IMG/VR virus record: IMGVR_UViG_2563366825_000026
Location: 1-20,791 of that record
Source of the DNA: a virus
Taxonomy: Duplodnaviria; Heunggongvirae; Uroviricota; Caudoviricetes
Strand: one strand, 5' to 3'
Length of the DNA stretch: 20,791 nt
Under the pieces are notes generated by a model. That model did not search any database. It saw only the letters and a program-made list of their open reading frames with translations, and was not told the origin of the DNA. The translations under genes and the position numbers were made by a program. Shown here piece after piece: positions 1-7,514 of the stretch (the first letter of the stretch is position 1; each line of letters begins with the position of its first letter).

Positions 1-207
1 TAATTCCCTCGAGTATTTTGCATCGAGCGCAGCAACATCGCGCTGGCGCACCTGCATATCAGTAATGGTTGCGTTCGCCAGCTTCAGTTCACTGGCTTTG
101 TTATCGCGCTGCGCTTTGTAGGTAATCGCGTTATCACGGTAATGGTCTGTTGCCATCCACAGCGCTCCACAGGCCACCAGCAGAATAACGATAAACGCGG
201 AAAGCAT
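1..207 (-). CDS. Rz: i-spanin Rz, N-terminal part only (gene runs off the left edge of the window)
   Basis: Reverse-complement translation from ATG at 207: [70 protein letters not shown]-terminal TM segment plus the [14 protein letters not shown] and [15 protein letters not shown] blocks closely match lambda Rz as I remember it. Sits downstream of the endolysin. Confidence 0.8.
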   Translation of the reverse strand, partial: MLSAFIVILLVACGALWMATDHYRDNAITYKAQRDNKASELKLANATITDMQVRQRDVAALDAKYSREL

Positions 208-218
208 TCGGTTTATGT

Positions 219-350
219 TCACCCCAGCAGCCCCGACGAAGACAACATCATCCAGGCCATGGAAAGAAAAAGAGCAACCAGCATTAGTGAAAATGAAATG
301 CCGACAATTACACAGAGGATCTTCGCCAGCGTTATGAGTTTGTCTGACAT
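219..350 (-). CDS. small hydrophobic membrane protein (43 aa), unknown function
   Basis: ATG at 350 with GGAGG 7 nt upstream; [43 protein letters not shown] is essentially one TM helix. Stop lies 12 nt before the Rz ATG. The longer track ORF 219..440 starts at a GTG with an implausible Cys-rich N-terminus. Confidence 0.45.
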   Translation of the reverse strand: MSDKLITLAKILCVIVGISFSLMLVALFLSMAWMMLSSSGLLG

Positions 351-364
351 GCTTAATCCTCCCT

Positions 365-547
365 TCACGATTTCAACGCAATGACCAGTTTTGCCAGCCC
401 ATACAGCATCGGGGACACAGCAACACCGACCGCCACCCACTTAATGGCAAAAGCCAGTGCTCTGCTGATGTCATCAGTTACAGGCGCTTTCAGTTCAAGG
501 CCGTTTTTCATAGTCAACCTCAACAGAATTCGTTTATACTTTTCCAT
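365..547 (-). CDS. small membrane protein (60 aa), unknown function
   Basis: ATG at 547 with AAGGGAGAA upstream; [60 protein letters not shown] has a C-terminal hydrophobic helix. The track's longer version starts at a GTG at 580. Confidence 0.45.
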   Translation of the reverse strand: MEKYKRILLRLTMKNGLELKAPVTDDISRALAFAIKWVAVGVAVSPMLYGLAKLVIALKS

Positions 548-580
548 GTTCTCCCTTGCCTTATCCAAGGTCAGAAACAC

Positions 581-613
581 AAAACCCCGCTTGCAGCCAA
601 CAAACGGGGTTTT
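581..613. terminator. bidirectional intrinsic-terminator-like hairpin between endolysin and the small membrane genes
   Basis: 9-bp perfect stem AAAACCCCG (581-589) / CGGGGTTTT (605-613), 15-nt loop, U-rich tract following on both strands. Confidence 0.5.
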
Positions 614-703
614 TACTTTTATTCACTTAGTTTTTGTCAGTTCGCAGGATTTCGTGTTATCCGCCCGTGTGAGCAAACCGCATTTTTCAGCAAAATATTC
701 TGC

Positions 704-1237
704 TTATCTGTCAATTCCCCAGCACGCCAGCGCACTCTCCTGGTCGCGACGGGATACCTGACCGTAACAGTTGTTTGAGCGAATACGGCAGTCTCTGCCA
801 CCGTCCTTAATCCACCAGCGAATCGCTTCGCATGCTCCCCTGCGATCACCTGCATTAATTCGTCTGTAAAACGTCGACGGGAAACACTTACCGGGACCAA
901 TGTTGTACGGACAGAATGACGCGATCCCCGCTTTCTGGGGTTCGGTCAGCGGCACTCTGATATTTTTCTCCACCCACGCCAGCGCTTTATCACGCTCAAT
1001 GGCGTTAACCTGGTCGCATTTTTCCTTCGACAACTTCATGCCCGGAACGACAGGTTTGCCATCCACCATGATGGCACCACGGCAGATGGTCCAGATACCT
1101 GCACCATCACGGTATGCCGTGGTGTGGTTACCTTCCTTTTCATCCAGAAACTGGTCGAGAATTTCAGGCGCAGAAGCCCCTGCGGCAATCAGCGCCAGAA
1201 CGGCAGCCGACAGGCCGTATTTGATTTTTGCGTTCAT
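704..1237 (-). CDS. R: phage endolysin, lysozyme with N-terminal SAR (signal-anchor-release) segment, P21 R-like
   Basis: 177 aa. N-terminal YGLSAAVLALIAAGASA hydrophobic stretch, then lysozyme-like body (TAYRDGAGIWTICRG, CPYNIGPGKCFPSTFYRRINAGD, ACWGI) resembling the phage 21 endolysin as I recall it. Sits in a lysis cassette with a pinholin. No Shine-Dalgarno seen upstream of the ATG. Confidence 0.85.
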   Translation of the reverse strand: MNAKIKYGLSAAVLALIAAGASAPEILDQFLDEKEGNHTTAYRDGAGIWTICRGAIMVDGKPVVPGMKLSKEKCDQVNAIERDKALAWVEKNIRVPLTEPQKAGIASFCPYNIGPGKCFPSTFYRRINAGDRRGACEAIRWWIKDGGRDCRIRSNNCYGQVSRRDQESALACWGIDR

Positions 1238-1348
1238 GGATATTTATCAGGATTTATCGGTTCCGAATCCCTGGATATGTTAAGCCTTCACCCCGCCAGT
1301 GGTGGGCACTGGCCAGGGTATGTCAATCTGATAAACACAGAGGTGACT

Positions 1349-1609
1349 ATGGATTATCCAAATCTACCAAAACAAACTTTTGCTGATTTAATCGCACTCA
1401 GGCAAGCAGTCGTAGCTCTAATCAACGTGTTGCCGGATGAGGAAAAGGAATTAGTTAAAGCAATTCTTAACAGAACTGCCGCCGATTTTTCATCATTCCC
1501 ACTGACAGATGACCTTGCGGACCTTCCTGAATTAATTGCAGCGTCCGCCATTAAGCTTACTGAAGAGATTTACTCTCCTCAAAAGCCTTCACAAAATTCC
1601 TGCGAGTAA
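1349..1609 (+). CDS. hypothetical acidic protein (86 aa), convergent with and overlapping the 3' end of the 211-aa gene
   Basis: ATG at 1349 preceded by GAGGTG; MDYPNLPKQTFADLIALRQAVVALINVLPDEEKELV... has about twice as many acidic as basic residues. Fills an otherwise unexplained 320-bp gap upstream of the endolysin. The 53-nt antisense overlap with a confident gene keeps confidence low. Confidence 0.35.
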   Translation: MDYPNLPKQTFADLIALRQAVVALINVLPDEEKELVKAILNRTAADFSSFPLTDDLADLPELIAASAIKLTEEIYSPQKPSQNSCE

Positions 1610-2192
1610 CTTCAATGCAATAATCGTAAAACGCCGCGAACTGCTCATCGCGGCGTTTTTCTTCAGGCCGCTGAAGATGCTCTTTCAACCGTGAAGCGCA
1701 GCTTAGATGCGCCGCGCGATCAAGAATAGTTTCTTTCATTTCATCTGCTGCAAGCACCTCATTTTTTGTTGGGGTGCTTTTTTTCAATTCAGCGATATAG
1801 CACTCCAGTTTTTCAATGCGTGATTCAATATCATCGTTTTCTGACCGCAATGCCGTCGGTGGCGTCTTCAGAGAACCAGTAATTATTCCCGGTAGTTTTC
1901 CTCTGTAGGTTATCAACACATCCTGCGCCTCTAAAATTATGGGGCGCTTTTCCGGCGACTGCTCATCCCCTTCACATAAAGCGGCAGCAATATCCATGAA
2001 AAACTGCTTCGCCTGTTTTTTCGCCTCAGCCTCGTAAAATTCCAGCGTGGCACCTTCAGTACGGTCAAGACTAATCGCCACATTTGGCAACAACAGTGAC
2101 GGATACCCACCAATTTCCAGTGCCACAGTAACAGTAATCTTATCCGGGTAATTATTTATCCCTTTAACAACCAGTTTGTATTGTTTATTCAT
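1557..2192 (-). CDS. hypothetical protein (211 aa) inserted between holin and endolysin; globular N-terminal region plus charged, probably coiled-coil C-terminal half
   Basis: ATG at 2192 lies 4 nt after the holin stop, with GGGGAGAG inside the holin 3' end (translational coupling). Long clean ORF with protein-like composition. I recognise no family. Confidence 0.75.
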   Translation of the reverse strand: MNKQYKLVVKGINNYPDKITVTVALEIGGYPSLLLPNVAISLDRTEGATLEFYEAEAKKQAKQFFMDIAAALCEGDEQSPEKRPIILEAQDVLITYRGKLPGIITGSLKTPPTALRSENDDIESRIEKLECYIAELKKSTPTKNEVLAADEMKETILDRAAHLSCASRLKEHLQRPEEKRRDEQFAAFYDYCIEVTRRNFVKAFEESKSLQ

Positions 2193-2196
2193 CGCC

Positions 2197-2412
2197 TTAC
2201 TCTCCCCGCGCTGCCTTACGACGGTCCTCTCTGATTTTGAAATACAGGTTAGTCAGATATGTCAGCAGCCCAAACAGCAGACTCCCCAGCACGCCTATTG
2301 CCGCCCACTGAGACGGGGAAACCCTGTCCAGCAACTGCAGGAACCAGTAGCCCGTTCCCACCGCTGACGTGGTGTATGACACACCTGTTGTGATTTTTTC
2401 CATCTGGTACAT
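2197..2412 (-). CDS. S: pinholin / antiholin, class II holin S21-like with dual start
   Basis: [71 protein letters not shown] matches my memory of the phage 21 pinholin S21 almost residue for residue in the TM and C-terminal regions. Met1 (2412) and Met4 (2403) give the classic antiholin/holin dual start. GGGAG 9 nt upstream. Confidence 0.85.
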   Translation of the reverse strand: MYQMEKITTGVSYTTSAVGTGYWFLQLLDRVSPSQWAAIGVLGSLLFGLLTYLTNLYFKIREDRRKAARGE

Positions 2413-2487
2413 ACCCCGTCTCCCGTACTCGGAAGCTCACAACAACAAAAGGGCCACCAGCTCTTTACTGATGACCCTGACTCACCG

Positions 2488-2778
2488 TTACAGCATTGTG
2501 CCCGATTCTGGCTGTGTGTCTGTCATATCCGTCACCGGTGGCTCCGGCTGAATATCACCATTTTCCGTGGTGGCATCTTCCGCCTGTGGTTCCGGAAGCA
2601 GTTCCGGGGATGGTTCCGGCTGTGCACCAAGCAATTCATCCAGAATTGAATCCACTTCTGCATCAAGACGCGCCTCAAGGTTCTGCCGAAGTTGCTGTTT
2701 CAGTGCGCTCCGGACTTCTTCAGAGCGCAGGACTTCCTTCACTGCCTCAGCAGTGACCAGCGATTTTATTTCTGACAT
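2488..2778 (-). CDS. hypothetical acidic protein (96 aa)
   Basis: ATG at 2778; MSEIKSLVTAEAVKEVLRSEEVRSALKQQLRQNLEARLDAEVDSILDELL followed by a Pro/Glu-rich tail. Located between nanS-like gene and holin. Confidence 0.5.
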   Translation of the reverse strand: MSEIKSLVTAEAVKEVLRSEEVRSALKQQLRQNLEARLDAEVDSILDELLGAQPEPSPELLPEPQAEDATTENGDIQPEPPVTDMTDTQPESGTML

Positions 2779-2803
2779 AGGATTTTCTCGTTGAAAGGGG
2801 TTA

Positions 2804-2998
2804 TTAAGAAGGTTGTTCCGGAATGAGTGGGGCTTCTGTTTTTGCTCCGGCTGACTGACTGGCGCTGATTTTCTCTGCGGCCCTTTTATCAATCTGCCTG
2901 CGCCAGAAATCGCGCACTGCCCTGTACCCACCCGAAAGAAGATACAGCACGCATACCACCGTACAGAAGTACAGCATCACCTGATGAACAAATGTCAT
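2804..2998 (-). CDS. hypothetical small membrane protein (64 aa)
   Basis: ATG at 2998; N-terminal hydrophobic helix (VMLYFCTVVCVLYLLSGG) then a charged tail. Confidence 0.45.
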   Translation of the reverse strand: MTFVHQVMLYFCTVVCVLYLLSGGYRAVRDFWRRQIDKRAAEKISASQSAGAKTEAPLIPEQPS

Positions 2999-3101
2999 AG
3001 TTTCTTACCGTTATGGTTGACTCTGGAAGCAGTTTTCGTTTAAAAAATACCAGTGACGAAAGTGATATCATCTTTCCCTGATTCTCACCATGAATCTCAC
3101 A

Positions 3102-3137
3102 CCGCCAGGGGTTTCAGGCCAGCTGGCGGTTTTTTTT
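3102..3137 (+). terminator. intrinsic-terminator-like hairpin, plus-strand oriented (antisense to the late operon)
   Basis: 7-bp stem CCGCCAG (3102-3108) / CTGGCGG (3123-3129) followed by an 8-T run on the plus strand (3130-3137). On the minus strand no U-tract follows the stem. Confidence 0.4.
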
Positions 3138-3142
3138 GCCGG

Positions 3143-5125
3143 TTATGCTGATTCCCGGTTTTCGTTAACTTTGACTGTGACCGTATCAAGCAGTACCGGA
3201 TACGTCGCTTTTGCCCCCGTGATATCTGTCAGCGTCAGCGTATCTGCTGTAAAGCCATCATTTGTCCACATCACCAGGTCAAACGCAGACTGCTCTGCAT
3301 CATCAATCACCGGCACCACTTTTTCGCTGTTATTTCCCGCAAAGCGGAAAACAACTGTATGCCAGTTATGGTCAAATGCCCCAAATGTGCCCAGTTGCGC
3401 ATTCGACTCCCCCTTGTGGTACATCAGATTCAGATTTGATGCATCCGTCTGAAGGAAGAAGGACGCCAGCATGCTGTTTGCTGTCGCGCCTGACGCCCAC
3501 TGCGACACCGGCCAGTACAGACCAAAGACAAACTGACCGTTAACCAGTTCGACACCCTCCGGGATCTTAAACCGCACGGCAATTTCACCTCCCTTACTGA
3601 GAAGATTTTTTGCCTCCTCCACCGCAACAGTACGGAACATCTTCCAGGAGGTCAGTTTACCCGGCTGTTTTTCCAGTCGCAGCGCCTTCCTGCCACTGTC
3701 ATCCGTCACAGTGCCTTTACCACCGGACGCATTCCACTGCTGCTCTGTCCATACACCACTGCCACTGTTCGCATCATATCCGGCCACCATTCTTGTTACG
3801 GCTTCAGTATGACCGCCTGCAGAAATACCTGCACCCTGCTGTTGCGTCGGACCCGCAGAGCCAGACTGTGCATCCCCCGTGGAGGCTGGCGTGGTCGCCA
3901 GCGGTGCAGACTGCCCGCTCAGGAACGGCAGCAAACGCCCGGCTCGCACCAGTATCTCTCCTGCCAGCCGATCTGAAACAATGCCTCTTCGCGCCCAGGA
4001 GCTGAAGTGCGTTTTACGAGCGGCTGTCGTCCAGTTACCATTACTGCGTGACGCGGCACCATAGTATCCCGCCGTGATAATGTCCGGATCTTCTGACGGC
4101 TCGTTTGTCGGCACATTCGCACCATGCTCATCCGTCATCAACGGCACAAAGTGAATATTCTGCGCCGCCTTGCCTTTATAGCCTCCGTAAACCGCCTCAT
4201 ACTGCACTGCATACTTCGCCTTCCAGTCGTACGTGGTGTCACCGCAAATCCACGGGACGCCGGACGTTGTCCCGCCAATACACTGGTCTGCAATATCTGC
4301 CAGGTCTGCACGGTATTTATTTACCATGGCAAGAAAAAGTGCATTGTGCTCTGCATGTCTCCCCGAACTGACATCTTTTTCCCCCTGCATCCAGATCACC
4401 GACAACAGCACGTTTTTCGGATTTTTCTTCAGGGCTGCACGCGTTCTGCTGACCAGGTCACGATACAACGGTTTATCCACCCCCCACAGGGAAGAGCCCG
4501 CTGTCGCACCCGACGCCTCATTAAACGCGCCCTCTGCTCCCGCAGTAAATCCCGAATCGCCACGTCCACACGGGACAAGAAGGATCCCCGCACGGGCAGG
4601 CATAAACGGCAGCAGTTTTTTGGCCACATGCAGGGCATGCCCCACACAGCCATACTGCCCTTTATTGAGGTCTGCTTTCGGGTGATTCAGATTACTCACG
4701 TCCTGCACATCATGCAGACAATGGTCTGCAGGAATAATGTCGTTATATGCACAGGCCGCACCGCCCGGTGTCACCGTGCTGCGACGCGCCAGTTGCTTAA
4801 TACGCGGGTCAGGACGATCATACGTATCCGGCAGCGGCAGCCCCTCGCCAAAAGACATCGAGTTGGACTGCCCGGCCAGCGCAATGACAAAGTAATATTC
4901 CGGTTCGCTGGTGGTGCTGATAACAGCGCCACCATCACCCGACGGTTGCACCACCACCGGTGTGGTGACATCACCTTCCGCCGCAATGGCCTGCATCAGG
5001 GTATAGGGCGTGATGGCGACAGGGCTGCCAAATGGCTGCCACCCCTCCTTCAGTTTTTGAGTCAGTCGCTCCGCAAGGTCTGACGGCGACGCCGCCCTGA
5101 CCACGTCATAGTGTTTAAATGTCAT
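3143..5125 (-). CDS. nanS: prophage-encoded sialate O-acetylesterase, NanS-p-like (N-terminal DUF1737-like region + SASA/SGNH esterase domain + C-terminal domain)
   Basis: 660 aa; ATG at 5125 with GGGAGG upstream. The FVIALAGQSNSMSFGEG block is the esterase-type GQSN motif. Size and architecture match the NanS-p proteins found just upstream of the lysis genes in Stx-type lambdoid prophages. Confidence 0.8.
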   Translation of the reverse strand: MTFKHYDVVRAASPSDLAERLTQKLKEGWQPFGSPVAITPYTLMQAIAAEGDVTTPVVVQPSGDGGAVISTTSEPEYYFVIALAGQSNSMSFGEGLPLPDTYDRPDPRIKQLARRSTVTPGGAACAYNDIIPADHCLHDVQDVSNLNHPKADLNKGQYGCVGHALHVAKKLLPFMPARAGILLVPCGRGDSGFTAGAEGAFNEASGATAGSSLWGVDKPLYRDLVSRTRAALKKNPKNVLLSVIWMQGEKDVSSGRHAEHNALFLAMVNKYRADLADIADQCIGGTTSGVPWICGDTTYDWKAKYAVQYEAVYGGYKGKAAQNIHFVPLMTDEHGANVPTNEPSEDPDIITAGYYGAASRSNGNWTTAARKTHFSSWARRGIVSDRLAGEILVRAGRLLPFLSGQSAPLATTPASTGDAQSGSAGPTQQQGAGISAGGHTEAVTRMVAGYDANSGSGVWTEQQWNASGGKGTVTDDSGRKALRLEKQPGKLTSWKMFRTVAVEEAKNLLSKGGEIAVRFKIPEGVELVNGQFVFGLYWPVSQWASGATANSMLASFFLQTDASNLNLMYHKGESNAQLGTFGAFDHNWHTVVFRFAGNNSEKVVPVIDDAEQSAFDLVMWTNDGFTADTLTLTDITGAKATYPVLLDTVTVKVNENRESA

Positions 5126-5319
5126 GAATCCTCCCGGTCGGGATAATGTTGTGAGTCAGATGAGGGAACGGGCTGAAGTCCGGAAGTTACAGGACAATGG
5201 CAGGAGGAAGACTACAGCCCGCAATACGAAAAAGGCCGCGCTATTGCGCAGAGTGATTACTGTCGGATATTATTCGCCAGCTGAAATATTACTTCACGTT
5301 TTGTTGTTTATTCCTTGCC

Positions 5320-5348
5320 GCCCGCGTCTCCCAGCGCGGGCTTTTTTT
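5320..5348 (+). terminator. intrinsic-terminator-like hairpin, plus-strand oriented
   Basis: Stem GCCCGCG (5320-5326) / CGCGGGC (5335-5341), then TTTTTTT (5342-5348). A second GC hairpin AGCCCCTC/GAGGGGCT lies at 5360-5379. Confidence 0.45.
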
Positions 5349-5696
5349 GTCCATAAGAAAGCCCCTCCGGAGAGGGGCTGGAGAGTGGCGCTATGTGCCA
5401 TTGCATGGTGCCGGGTGCCTCCCGGTGAGTTCAGTATCAGCACCTGAACCCGCACAGAAAGGATAAGGGTCGGTGACAAAACACCAGTTGCTGATTGCCC
5501 CTCCGCACAGGGGGATTCACCATGCCAGTTTCTTTTAACAAACTCCCCGCAAACCAGACAACAGTCAACCGCCTGAATTGTGAGGTATTTAAAAATTTCA
5601 ACGGGTAACTGATACCCTGCTAATCGCCTGATGCTTTCTTTTTCAGCAACGGGGAAGCAACAACCACCACACCCACCAGCCGCCCATTTACCACAA

Positions 5697-5722
5697 ATAA
5701 AAAAGCCTTCACTGCGGAAGGC
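5697..5722 (-). terminator. intrinsic terminator downstream of the small HTH-like gene
   Basis: Stem GCCTTC (5705-5710) / GAAGGC (5717-5722); on the minus strand it is followed by UUUUUU (complement of 5699-5704). Overlaps the gene's stop codon. Confidence 0.5.
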
Positions 5723-5906
5723 GTCTGTAACAACCGAACTGATAGTCTGCCAGACCCGCCATAACCAGCTGGGTCAGTATTAACTGGCAGCGTTCGCGTG
5801 AAAGGTAAGTATTCTGCGCAATCTCCCCGACTGTCGCCGGGTAGGTGACGCTTAATTCATTAAACACCACTCTGGCGGTTTCTGTCATATCCTGCTGTTT
5901 TAGCAT
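5709..5906 (-). CDS. small putative helix-turn-helix protein (65 aa)
   Basis: ATG at 5906 with GGGAAA-type SD. The TVGEIAQNTYLSRERCQLILTQLVMAGL block looks like an HTH. Bracketed by the tR'-like terminator upstream and its own terminator downstream. The track's longer version (to 5996) would run into the terminator region. Confidence 0.45.
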   Translation of the reverse strand: MLKQQDMTETARVVFNELSVTYPATVGEIAQNTYLSRERCQLILTQLVMAGLADYQFGCYRRLPQ

Positions 5907-6023
5907 GTCTTTTTCCCTTTTCCGGTTAACGTGACATACCAATAACTCTTGTCTAAAAAGCCAGCAAGCTGAAAGACAGGTATTCACCACCAGCACGTTT
6001 ACTGTACTGATGCGATTTCAGTC

Positions 6024-6112
6024 ATAAAAAACCCGCCAGGCGGCGGGTTTAAGTTGTGTGGCGTAGTAACCACTCTTAACATACTGACATACTTTTTGCG
6101 GACCGCGCTAAT
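6024..6112 (-). promoter_or_regulatory. late-promoter region: putative PR'-like promoter and qut region followed by a tR'-like intrinsic terminator
   Basis: Just downstream of the Q-like stop on the minus strand: stem CCCGCC/GGCGGG (6032-6047) followed by UUUUUUAU. About 35-60 nt upstream lie an A-rich tract and weak sigma70-like hexamers (TGATTA - 17 - TATGTC). Geometry matches the lambda PR'/6S RNA/tR' arrangement; the exact hexamers are uncertain. Confidence 0.5.
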
Positions 6113-6500
6113 CATTTTTTACTTTTTTGGGCAGCCAGTCGTCCATCTCCAGCCTTACACCCAGCATCGACAGACATCCGTCAATAAATCCTTCAGCAAT
6201 CTGCATCTCAATTCGTATTGCCTTTTCGCTCTTCTTTCTTGTTCTGGCAATCTGCCTTTTTGATATGCGCAGCAGATAATGAGCTACCAGCAGCGAATAC
6301 TCGTCCGGTTTTTTCTTCTTCAGGCGCGTAAGGCAGTTTTCGATGATAAGGCCGTCATCATCGCTGCAGGCCGGGCGAGGTTTAGCGGTGGATGGTAAAA
6401 GGCCTTTAAATCCAGCAGCTATCGGAGAATAGTCCACCCCGGTGTTACCACTTGCCGCCCATGCCCCCCAGCGTTCAAGAACCATCTGAATATCACGCAT
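6108..6500 (-). CDS. Q: late-gene antitermination protein Q-like (short Q family, about 130 aa)
   Basis: ATG at 6500 with GGAGA 6 nt upstream (the track ORF starts at a TTG at 6515). Position is diagnostic: last gene before the tR'-like terminator and the late genes, directly after the nin-region genes. Family identity is from memory of short Q proteins and is unverified. Confidence 0.6.
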   Translation of the reverse strand: MRDIQMVLERWGAWAASGNTGVDYSPIAAGFKGLLPSTAKPRPACSDDDGLIIENCLTRLKKKKPDEYSLLVAHYLLRISKRQIARTRKKSEKAIRIEMQIAEGFIDGCLSMLGVRLEMDDWLPKKVKND

Positions 6501-6517
6501 CAACTTTCTCCACAAAA

Positions 6518-7513
6518 TCAGGACAGCACACCAATCGCCAGTGCGCGATCGATAAAACGAAATATCAGCTCCAGTTGGGAACCATACTTCTCTTCAAATG
6601 CCACGGTATCCACATGCAGTTCGTCATGGTGTTTTCTGCACAAAGGCAACACAAAGAGATCATGCGCTTTTGTCCCCATACCACCCTGGCCGTGACCAAT
6701 CAGATGATGCGGATCATCAGCTGGCTTTCCACAACATGCACACGGCTGCGTCTTAACCCAGCGAGTGTACTTTTCATTAACCCAGCGACGACGTTTGGGG
6801 CGTAACATAAAAGACTCCGGCGACTCCGGATCCACTTTCAGCGCCAGCACCTTTTTCGCTTTATCCCGGATAATACTGGTGGCAGTAACCGAAGGTACAA
6901 GGTCACTCTCCCGGGTGACAGACGGCAAAACAGGCTTCGGTAATCTCAGGGCCTTACGGGCTGCACTTTCCGGTAAAGCATCCGCCAGGTCATTACGAAC
7001 CAGCCACCAGCACAGTTCCGGCATTGTCACAACGTGACTGTCATCAAAACCAAGATCACGGCGCACAACAGACAACACCCAGCGGGCACAGTTATCCGTT
7101 GCCATTGCTTCCAGCCGTTCCGTGAACTGGTCACGGAGAAGATTGTCACAGTGCCAGCACAGACGGATTGCGCCTGGCGCGTGCCGCATTGTGGTCATGT
7201 TCTCGCTGTGCCAGTCGGAATGAGGCCACTGACAGCCCTTTTCACGAAGTAACCAGCTCTCAAGGCATTCCACGCCACCAGCACGACGGATCACCGCCTC
7301 ATGGCGGAACACGGCCCGAACGGCAGGATCATCCGCCAGCGGTTGTGATGATGCCGGAACGGCACCACTGGCAAAAGATGAATAACGTTCCGGCTCAGGC
7401 TCCAGCAGGACACGCCCCTGCATAAACAGGGGCATCAGCTCTGAACCTGGCCTGAACAATACGATCCCCATACGCGGGGCGATTTCAGGGGTCAGTAGTG
7501 CTCTCACGGTCAC
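6518..7513 (-). CDS. DUF968-family phage protein (YdfU-like) with C-terminal HNH-like Cys/His motif
   Basis: 331 aa. The C-terminal CACCGKPADDPHHLIGHGQGG...LCRKHHDELH is an HNH/zinc-finger-like signature typical of DUF968 proteins found upstream of Q in lambdoid prophages. Start codon uncertain (GTG at 7513 or 7507, ATG at 7471). Confidence 0.65.
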   Translation of the reverse strand: MTVRALLTPEIAPRMGIVLFRPGSELMPLFMQGRVLLEPEPERYSSFASGAVPASSQPLADDPAVRAVFRHEAVIRRAGGVECLESWLLREKGCQWPHSDWHSENMTTMRHAPGAIRLCWHCDNLLRDQFTERLEAMATDNCARWVLSVVRRDLGFDDSHVVTMPELCWWLVRNDLADALPESAARKALRLPKPVLPSVTRESDLVPSVTATSIIRDKAKKVLALKVDPESPESFMLRPKRRRWVNEKYTRWVKTQPCACCGKPADDPHHLIGHGQGGMGTKAHDLFVLPLCRKHHDELHVDTVAFEEKYGSQLELIFRFIDRALAIGVLS

Positions 7514-7514
7514 C

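Noticed and set aside
1-207. Searched for the embedded Rz1 (o-spanin) gene
   Set aside because: Rz1 normally lies in the +1 frame within the distal half of Rz, which is beyond the left edge of the window; nothing lipoprotein-like is visible in the part present.
142-761. Plus-strand ORFs 142..384 and 381..761 from the six-frame track
   Set aside because: They are antisense to the confidently identified Rz, small membrane genes and endolysin, have no SD, and show low-complexity composition. Treated as shadow ORFs.
3262-5083. Plus-strand ORFs inside the nanS region (e.g. 4124..5083, 319 aa; 3610..4005; 4233..4685)
   Set aside because: Antisense to the 660-aa esterase gene; Arg/His/Cys/Pro-rich composition typical of GC-rich antisense frames; no ribosome-binding sites.
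5126-6107. Looked for Shiga toxin genes (stxA/stxB) and the ileZ/argN/argO tRNA genes expected between Q and nanS-p in Stx phages
   Set aside because: The interval is under 1 kb, has no ORF of stxA size, and I found no GGTTCGAATCC-type T-arm or cloverleaf-compatible sequence. The prophage appears stx-negative.
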